From: a virus
Lineage: Duplodnaviria > Heunggongvirae > Uroviricota > Caudoviricetes
Virus record (IMG/VR): IMGVR_UViG_3300047493_000037
Span: 1-30,712 of that record
DNA: 30,712 nucleotides
Direction: 5' to 3' (one strand)
Positions 25,401-30,712 of this stretch are shown here, in pieces. A model generated the notes under the pieces. It ran no database searches. It was given only the letters and a program-made list of their open reading frames with translations, and was not told the DNA's origin. A program made the translations under genes and the position numbers. Numbering within the stretch: the stretch's first letter is position 1; every line of letters starts with the position of its first letter.

Positions 25401-26597
25401 AATAACAATGGACGCTTTAGAGTATTGGCAGTTGATAATAATTCAATAATTCTTATTAACCCACAAGCAAGTGATCAACTAAACACTGTTACCCTGATGA
25501 ACAACATGGACATTAATGTAACCTTTGTCGCTAACACAAACACTGTCACCGGCGTTGCAGGAGCATTCAAGTATGTCGCAGTTGGTAACTGGATTAAGAA
25601 GCAATCAGATCCAGATAGTGCCTATTTACAAGTTTTGAGTCTAAACAATTCCAATCCTGCACTTGCTACCTCTATTACCCTTGGCAGCAACTATACAGGA
25701 TCAGACAATACAACTATTGGCGTTGTATATGACGAAACTCAAAACTATGATCAGGGTGTATATTTGCAAAATGCTTCCGATATACAGATATTTGAAGGCG
25801 ATTCAGTAGTCGAAGGCGATACACTCTTTGTTCAAAACATTGTAGACGCATCTTGGTTCAACATTAGTAACGTAGGAAGTTTTCCTGTGGTTGAATACGG
25901 AACCGAGCCATCTACTTACTTACCATTTATTAGAGTAACGAACGAAGGTGGAGTTGCTCAAACTGATGTGCAAATGTCTGTGAACCCTAATGGGCTTTAC
26001 ACAATAGAAAGTTTGGCTAATAAATTTTATTCAATCAGAGAAGTGACACACACCGTATTAGACGATATTGCGCCCAATCTAAGAGACATCTTTATTACTC
26101 CTTACAGTAGAAGTTATAAGTTTAGTCCATCTAATAATTCGACAATCACCCACCTTGGGAAAATTGGGTACAGTAATGAAGTAACCATTGGAACAGATGG
26201 TTACACTTACTACACAGGTCTTTTACAAAAAGTTCAAAGAATAGTAGATGGATTTGAACCTGATGCAGAAGACTATCCTGGTCAACGTGCAGTTGGAGCA
26301 GCAGTTGAAACTCTTCCTCCTCTTCCGTTTGAACTTAATTTAGCTCTAAATGTAGTTACAAACATTGGTGTAAACCTTGGCGATGTATCTAATAACATCA
26401 AATCGACTATTATTAACTATGTAGAAGGTTTAGGAGTTGGTCAACCTGTGATCCTCTCTCAGATTATTGCTGACGTGCAACAAGTAAAAGGCGTTGCTTC
26501 TGTAGTGTTCACCAATCCTGCACCAAGTACGCCAAGTATAACACTATCTAGCAATGAAAAAGCTATTATTAGCTCTAACAATATCAGTATAGCATAA
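19485..26597 (+). CDS. giant baseplate wedge protein (baseplate J / gp6-like, 2370 aa)
   Basis: N-terminal GSVLLTILEA...LDNRAADFGLTRNAATKASG and GGNDVETDQELRDRI...ARGT; C-terminal RAVGAAV...LGVGQPVILSQIIADVQQVKGV. About 1900 aa of extra beta-rich modules lie in between. Confidence 0.88.
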   Translation: MASQIQIQSFNQFLGAMIRTIIANTPLNDVNQGSVLLTILEAAAANDFENNAAILSLLNLLNISTVSGSDLDNRAADFGLTRNAATKASGNITIYNTSITKQSSSLYIIKPAPIAGQTVLYVNDTTDWSASGTLYVGRGTTQFEGPIPYSSINVFPTYSQINLSTALQNNHLISDTVINSQGQPDRIIAAGTIVKIPANNQSPEIDYSTLRDAVLPAGETQVTNINAIALVAGSIGNAPINSITQFNTSPFTGAGVSNTSAFSGGNDVETDQELRDRINSYPNTLARGTEGAILAAVEQVSDSDDNKQVASAIIAEPAAVDEPSILYIDDGTGFQPSYAGQSVDTLLTNATGKEEFLQLANYPVTRPQVINTGTGPFALLDGSFLRVAVDGTTEEIFFSTTDFVNISSAQVAEVVVAINKQSTNFSARLTNNSANILLYPQAFDAEIIQVLPLQTNDDPALNANALFEFPVTEFSFIALFQNSTRLREKTITAQLETTGFAFWNITGPGDLAISVDGTPEQDRAFSLSNFPGASSFSSLTLADWVTAFNQQFAGITAVATANQTMQINSNQGGSNSSLLITGGSLLLNLFPIQPLSAVGQTGQFLLNRQTGNLQILTTINPGDDITAGTTDAKGFVVSAASASGTYSLSTDSSGRPAEAIVVADSTYCNKRTLNAAIGTTLTISNPSGNIMRIMSSSLTALVTLLPGDFIFTPVRTTAWLSAGNTGLFKIVDKGSHTAAGVDTYVDVMNPASNITPQTVTVADPADVQAFSTNGYPQIWFGSFTPNPPLATIDDIVASFNNDLINVIASVYHSDAIKLTSTTEQGGSIAIPVVVGNALGLFTPTNTAQFGNPSEIASIVSQKSLLTHFKIAQPTNKDTFLNRQVFTDSKGALTSNAIPAAPPYTATYSETLQSSGVLNTSYVDYDSIVSFTRGNNRDQLRSVAALIAGDELGTQEALARTSLDHTVGDEFEIVKPLQISATDTIVVIVDENPEQNTINIPMSRTGQVNSGSNSMTFIPTSTEFSANDYDHDQAAPPVGIDFSNANVWSTTLNNTNFSDYAVWSRSRNWYASGGVGSGEGAMLVRAVEYGPNGNFLRFNVMYPTIAAQAATTSFVNTPSFSTFSYYFGSGSARGIALTGGNTITVYGPYPDTTTNFPDGASSSGNYYDYAFSAGNFASVQVGDVISVTGASGVSTPNQGQFSVQNISGNTIRVLNVNGSASSPGSPEIDTVTTVADVLGTPTAYGITTTADTSSSLNGKYFIVYDTAGSVAVWINESGTAAQPAAGANRYIMVGTVLANDDASTVATKVTNAVNQDRAFTAGVSGPLVTITNVQNGALANGNAGTSGFTVTTTAGTNNDSLSGKYFIVYDANGSVSIWFDVGNQGINEPFDGANRGIRVYNLSPGASAATVASAIQQAVNSDSAFTATSTGDTVTITNNFDGNVTSGNAGTSGFTVVSTPGSKAGPEAITNPVGVNIFPLTGTSVSSITATINLSALMSATPIGIPSLTITKSTEEDKYAYAGNATALGYGHNPDDPNADSFIAMFDGANWVKTFENANPNFILKTPYTLQGVSTIYSMDTAPNFDVVTNGELFKLIPTTVQNLYHQLTQKALSQLPIVATVNIADDRKNVQIKSNKLGSAGAIELVGGAGNQSTMYIQTEAETDTDANGSVLIVKTQAFPDTFSVGDTVLLQNNAGVQRFNRLTSTDTIDVLSAGVNTFEYTYNAKTTGINSGTLFTITDVGASYSLPAGFVWRWTATDAGVSFAEVNAGDLLYAFGSLSGWDHNNQVHPSGDAQVSGFPIIHVNIGSNYVDLVNPFGIAMSSTAVGSGTVQICPTPAIKWYLTHANYTPIVSISSTSDVVTVITSGPHYLSTGNTVNIRDSFNLPDGTYTGITVTGANTFTFSYSVTDFTETNTFASVIMGTLTPTRYRLQSLGFNGLVRLNAANGQSPNFLSCGVAVDDYILISGTTFSSNNNGRFRVLAVDNNSIILINPQASDQLNTVTLMNNMDINVTFVANTNTVTGVAGAFKYVAVGNWIKKQSDPDSAYLQVLSLNNSNPALATSITLGSNYTGSDNTTIGVVYDETQNYDQGVYLQNASDIQIFEGDSVVEGDTLFVQNIVDASWFNISNVGSFPVVEYGTEPSTYLPFIRVTNEGGVAQTDVQMSVNPNGLYTIESLANKFYSIREVTHTVLDDIAPNLRDIFITPYSRSYKFSPSNNSTITHLGKIGYSNEVTIGTDGYTYYTGLLQKVQRIVDGFEPDAEDYPGQRAVGAAVETLPPLPFELNLALNVVTNIGVNLGDVSNNIKSTIINYVEGLGVGQPVILSQIIADVQQVKGVASVVFTNPAPSTPSITLSSNEKAIISSNNISIA
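23244..23860 (+). repeat. internal ~106-aa (318-nt period) duplicated module in the giant wedge protein
   Basis: SLNGKYFIVYD...GNAGTSGFTV vs SLSGKYFIVYD...GNAGTSGFTV; identical 20-mer GGAACTTCAGGATTCACAGT at 23511 and 23829. Confidence 0.9.
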
Positions 26598-26598
26598 C

Positions 26599-29100
26599 AT
26601 GGAAAATCGTAGCAAAATAGATCAAATTCATGACCTAATGCCAGCTCATTTCAATACTAGGAATAATCCTAATTGGAATGCTCTTATTAGTGCTCTTGGT
26701 ACTTCTGACCAAGCAATTGTTGACTTGATCACAGAAGTAAAGAAGCAATTCTTTGTCAAAACAGCATATAGACCATATATAGATAATCTTGGCGCTAACA
26801 GTGGTGTGGCGCGCCCACCAGGAGTTGGAATGACCGACTCCACTTACAAGAAGTTTATTCCTATAATGGCCTACACGCCAAAACAAGTGAAGTTGATAGT
26901 TGATCAACTTTTGAATATTTTCTTTGCTAAAGAAACTACAACAGCATATGTTATATCTGGACAAACTCAACCATTTCTCCTTGAAGATGGCTGGGAATTA
27001 ACTTACACTGTTGATGAAATTTATTACGAATCTATTTACTTTCGTACGTCTGACTTTACAAACATTGCAGCAGCAACAGCAGAAGAAATTGTTGCCGCTA
27101 TCAATAGGCAGGCTCAACACAGTTTTGCTGAAAATTATTATGACAATATTACCAAGGGGTACTACGTCAAGATATTCACTAACACTATTGGCTCTAAGGG
27201 ATCAGTACAGATCACTGGTGGACGAGCAGATATTCCACTTCAATTTAATGGATTCATCACAGGAGCAGGTACTGGTCCGGATACAACTTGGGTAGTTACT
27301 AAAATTGGCGACCAGGTTACATATCAATACACTGCTGGCACAAACCCAAACATTAATCTCCTTGAACCTGGAGACATGATAATCTCTCTGTTACCAGGAA
27401 ACGTGGGCACGTTTCCTATTACTAAAGTAGATCTAGGCACTCAAAGTTTTACATTAACTAATCTCTTTGGTACACCTGGGATATATACCCAAACTGATGA
27501 TACTCAAACCAAATTTTTCGTATCAAATAAGTATGTTGTTTATACTCAAGACAGTAGAGCTATCACATGGGAAATAACACCAGGTGAAGTTATCATTGAG
27601 ATGCCTGCAACACCACCAGTTGTCAAGAGATCCTTAATAGGTTCTGCTCACATTAATGGAGCAGAAAGTCCTGTTACTGCGACAAACAGTAGTACCTCTT
27701 TGACAGTGACAGATGCATCAAAGTTTCCGCTATCAGGCACTTTTTGGTTGCAACAAGAAGAAGAAATAACTACCAGATTTTTCACTCCTAGCGAAAACAC
27801 AATTGCTTCGACTACCTTTAATACTAGATTTCAAGGTAGACCAACAGAATACACATATGCTTCAAGACTAGTACTTCAAACAACTGGCAACACTGAAGTA
27901 GAAAGCAACCAAATTACTAATTTAGCATCTACTGCAGGATTAGCCGTTGGTCAAAATGTGTTTATGGCTGGTGTTCCTTCTTATGCCTTAATAACAGAAA
28001 TATCAGGCACTACAGTGTTTATTGACTGGCCCGCTAATGCAACCAACAATACAGTACCTGTAATATTTGCAGGCAATGTGCTATCTGGCATCACTCCTAA
28101 TCTTCCTGCATTAGCCTTCTTAGATGAAAATCAACTTACTAATCTTACTAGATCCGGTAACATAGTTACTGCCACCACTGCAACTCCACATGATTATCAA
28201 GTTGGTGATATAGTAGCCATATATGGATCAAGTGGAATAGCAACTCAAGTTTCTACTGGCACCCTGCAAAATGGCACTACCGTTATTACAAATGTAACGC
28301 CAATCGGTATTATTGCTGATGGAATGATTGCGGTCGGTGCCAATATCCCTTCAGGATCACTGGTGGACGACGTGTCTGGTAACACAGTCATAATCTCTCA
28401 GAACGCAATGGCAGATGTCACAGAATCTATTACCTTTAATGAAGATTTAAATGGAGCATTTGTAATCACGTCCGTAACTAGTAATACATTCACGTATGGC
28501 TTAGTTGGCGTCGATGGATCTTCTACAACGCCTGGAACAGCAAGAGTTGACACAATCGGAATGGCGCCAAGCGGATCATTGGTTTTAATCACTGGGGCCC
28601 AACCAGTAAGTTTCACTAGAATTACAGGCCCATACATGTGGGATGTTACGGCCCCATTTGTATTGTCTGACAACTTAGCAACAATAGTTGGAAACATTCA
28701 AGCAGGACAAACTATTACATTGTTGAATTTAAGTGAGAACACTATTCCATCTCAAGGCGGTTTTGTTATTTTTGACTATGGTTTAAACACGCAAGAAGGG
28801 CCAGTTAGATACCTATATGCCCCTAATGACACTACAATAGTGATCGACCCATCATATATTTTTCAATATAGTCATGCTAATGGTTCTAGCATAGTTGCTA
28901 TAGATCACAAGGGCCCACACATCATGAGTGGATTAGGCACAGAGTATCCAGCTTATATAACAGACCCATCAGCTGTTATAATTACACTAGAAAATCTAAT
29001 TCGTTCAGTGACCAGTTCTGGCATATTTATAGACTTTTTGGTGCGCTATCCAGATCAGTTGTATAGTGTGCTACCAACGTATACAATAGTTAGTAGTTGA
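26599..29100 (+). CDS. baseplate wedge protein (gp7 / P2 gpI-like) with inserted beta modules, 833 aa
   Basis: FVKTAYRPYIDNLGANSGVARP..MTDSTYKK N-terminus and LENLIRSVTSSGI C-terminus; follows the J-like gene. Confidence 0.7.
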   Translation: MENRSKIDQIHDLMPAHFNTRNNPNWNALISALGTSDQAIVDLITEVKKQFFVKTAYRPYIDNLGANSGVARPPGVGMTDSTYKKFIPIMAYTPKQVKLIVDQLLNIFFAKETTTAYVISGQTQPFLLEDGWELTYTVDEIYYESIYFRTSDFTNIAAATAEEIVAAINRQAQHSFAENYYDNITKGYYVKIFTNTIGSKGSVQITGGRADIPLQFNGFITGAGTGPDTTWVVTKIGDQVTYQYTAGTNPNINLLEPGDMIISLLPGNVGTFPITKVDLGTQSFTLTNLFGTPGIYTQTDDTQTKFFVSNKYVVYTQDSRAITWEITPGEVIIEMPATPPVVKRSLIGSAHINGAESPVTATNSSTSLTVTDASKFPLSGTFWLQQEEEITTRFFTPSENTIASTTFNTRFQGRPTEYTYASRLVLQTTGNTEVESNQITNLASTAGLAVGQNVFMAGVPSYALITEISGTTVFIDWPANATNNTVPVIFAGNVLSGITPNLPALAFLDENQLTNLTRSGNIVTATTATPHDYQVGDIVAIYGSSGIATQVSTGTLQNGTTVITNVTPIGIIADGMIAVGANIPSGSLVDDVSGNTVIISQNAMADVTESITFNEDLNGAFVITSVTSNTFTYGLVGVDGSSTTPGTARVDTIGMAPSGSLVLITGAQPVSFTRITGPYMWDVTAPFVLSDNLATIVGNIQAGQTITLLNLSENTIPSQGGFVIFDYGLNTQEGPVRYLYAPNDTTIVIDPSYIFQYSHANGSSIVAIDHKGPHIMSGLGTEYPAYITDPSAVIITLENLIRSVTSSGIFIDFLVRYPDQLYSVLPTYTIVSS
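27868..28440 (+). repeat. two divergent 68-aa beta modules (27868-28071 and 28237-28440)
   Basis: TG-x8-ITN...G..PS..L....SG.TV.I...A.A aligns without gaps over the core. Confidence 0.75.
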
Positions 29101-29123
29101 CTACAGACTAGTCTATAGTGCTG

Positions 29124-29129
29124 TATAAT
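29124..29129 (+). promoter_or_regulatory. -10 element TATAAT preceded by a near-perfect palindrome (29100-29119)
   Basis: ACTACAGACTAGTCTATAGT, then TATAAT, AAGGAG and GTG 29149. Confidence 0.55.
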
Positions 29130-29148
29130 CTAGGTTAAGGAGATACTT

Positions 29149-30712
29149 GTGGCCGTACTAGGACGCTTATTGATGTCAAGCGCTGAAAGATTAGATCTTC
29201 CAGATCTACTCAGCATTGATAGTTATTCAGCAGGTGATTGGCAGTATTTTCTTAAGACTATAGTTGGGGAAGATACTCCATATATCATTAAGGGATTTGA
29301 CATCATTAATCCTGCTGCTACTATTGGCACGCAGAATTGCTCTATTAATATTGCTGATTCAGCCATGTACTATCCAGGCTCTGGAGCTGGATCTTTCTAC
29401 TACGGACTTCCTGCCGGCAATCCTAACGCGCAACCACTAGTTCCTGAGTTAAGAAAAAACGCGACAAATTACCTGTATCTTGTATTTACAACTTTAGCAA
29501 CTGCTGAGGATGCCAGGGCATTCTGGGATCCAGACGCAAATGGTGGGGTTGGATCTGAGTTTACTCAAGAAGTTAATACTGAGTCTGTAATTCAAGTTCA
29601 AGTTAATGTATCTACTGGTTCATTTCCAGACAACACCGTCCCTATTGCTATTGTCAATGTAGGTCCATCTGTTATCACTAGCATTGAGGATGCAAGGCCT
29701 TTGATGTTTAGATTGGGCACTGGTGGGGTATCCCCAAACCCTTCTGCTAGATTTGCATGGCCAGCTATCCCTGACGCGGCGCATGAGCGCCAAGAAACCC
29801 CAATAACAATTAATTCCCCAATTGGTTTAAACCCATTTCAAGGTGGAGATAAAAATCTAACCTCTCTTAAAGAGTGGATGGACGCTGTTATGACCAAACT
29901 CGCAGAGCTTGGTGGTACACAGTATTGGTACGAAGATGCTTCAGCATTTAGTATCGTTAATATCTTTCATGATGCACTAGCTACCACCTTTAAATCTAAA
30001 GGTCAATATCTACATAGCTCTGTTACTCCTGGTCAACTCACTTACACAGAAGATGTCTTAATTTTAAGCGCATCAGATCCAAGAGAGTATATCTTGCGAG
30101 CTGGTGTCATACAAATACCAAACGAATATGTTGCTTATCTTGACTTAATCAGAGCGCAACCAATTAATACTCTTAACGAAGCAGTGTCATGGACAAACAG
30201 TCAACCGTATGTAAATACGCCTAATGGCTCTATTGGATTCTTTGCAAATCTAAATCAGGGCGATTGGATAACAAAAGTTGGAGATGATCCGACAGAATTC
30301 TTAAGAGTTGAACAATTTTATGATTCAGCTAATCTAGGCGGATCTGTTACCACTCCTGCAAACGCTAAATCAATTAGACTTAGTGCAGCATACCAAGGAA
30401 CAACTTCAACGGATGTCGCAGCGTATGACAAGGGAGTTTATTTATCTACAGATATCTTAATTCAACCAAGAACTGATGCTGCAATTACTGCAGCTGGTGG
30501 AGATTTCTTGTGGTTGGCTCTTCGTAGCGATGTTATCGAAGGAATCGCAAGCGTTGTTTCCACAACACTATCTGGTACACTTACAACAGGTAATGGCTCT
30601 ACTGCAGAAATCGTATCTACTGCTCATGGTTTAATAAATGGTGATGTAATCACTGTTACTGCACCTGCAGCATATGCAGGAACATATACCGTTGAAGTTG
30701 CAGATGTCAATA
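29149..30712 (+). CDS. structural baseplate/tail-fibre-attachment protein (partial, >520 aa; MAVLGRLLMSSAERLDLPDLL...)
   Basis: Not in the track because it has no stop in the window. GTG start with AAGGAG; frame reads open towards the window end; shares modules with the giant wedge. Confidence 0.85.
   Translation, partial: MAVLGRLLMSSAERLDLPDLLSIDSYSAGDWQYFLKTIVGEDTPYIIKGFDIINPAATIGTQNCSINIADSAMYYPGSGAGSFYYGLPAGNPNAQPLVPELRKNATNYLYLVFTTLATAEDARAFWDPDANGGVGSEFTQEVNTESVIQVQVNVSTGSFPDNTVPIAIVNVGPSVITSIEDARPLMFRLGTGGVSPNPSARFAWPAIPDAAHERQETPITINSPIGLNPFQGGDKNLTSLKEWMDAVMTKLAELGGTQYWYEDASAFSIVNIFHDALATTFKSKGQYLHSSVTPGQLTYTEDVLILSASDPREYILRAGVIQIPNEYVAYLDLIRAQPINTLNEAVSWTNSQPYVNTPNGSIGFFANLNQGDWITKVGDDPTEFLRVEQFYDSANLGGSVTTPANAKSIRLSAAYQGTTSTDVAAYDKGVYLSTDILIQPRTDAAITAAGGDFLWLALRSDVIEGIASVVSTTLSGTLTTGNGSTAEIVSTAHGLINGDVITVTAPAAYAGTYTVEVADVN

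Noticed and set aside
20484-26219. Intein or intron as the cause of the giant wedge gene
   Set aside because: No intein splice motifs or LAGLIDADG blocks are seen, the frame is continuous, and the insert consists of structural-type repeats.
543-28697. Numerous antisense and alternate-frame ORFs in the track (e.g. 543..749, 2492..2806, 6769..7092, 10276..10464, 11640..11954, 19517..19825, 26635..26970)
   Set aside because: Shadow ORFs inside well-supported genes, with no motifs or initiation signals.
1666-30712. Extracellular contractile injection system / tailocin / T6SS interpretation
   Set aside because: No Afp15-like AAA ATPase, T6SS membrane complex or bacterial flanking genes. A neck-like gene, HNH relics and dense phage-style microgenes favour a phage, although capsid and terminase genes are outside the window.
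1-30712. tRNA, rRNA, CRISPR array, integrase or transposase
   Set aside because: None seen; intergenic gaps are short and accounted for by promoter- and terminator-like elements.

Overview
This window is the neck-tail-baseplate morphogenesis region of a large contractile-tailed (myovirus-type) dsDNA phage using the standard genetic code. The first ~1.6 kb is a convergent cluster of very small accessory genes. Several of these are missing from the ORF track, and at least four share a short amphipathic-helix motif. From 1666 onward all genes are on the + strand. In order: neck/head-closure-like protein, a Nudix-hydrolase fusion protein, two HNH-endonuclease relics flanking a virion-type gene, tail-completion-like protein, tail sheath, three tail-tube paralogues, an overlapping tail-assembly-chaperone-like pair, tape measure, hub, spike, tube-initiator-like protein, a LysM + gp25 fusion, a giant 2370-aa baseplate-J/gp6-like wedge, a gp7/gpI-like wedge, and a further structural gene that runs off the window end. 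Nearly every intergenic gap carries a -10-only (often extended -10) promoter-like motif, and several low-copy tail genes appear to be leaderless. The most unusual observations are the microprotein family, the nested (Russian-doll) domain insertions that enlarge the baseplate proteins, the Nudix fusion among virion genes, and a 13-codon relic ORF that bridges two genes by double TAATG coupling. All product calls come from motifs and gene order only; no database search was possible.
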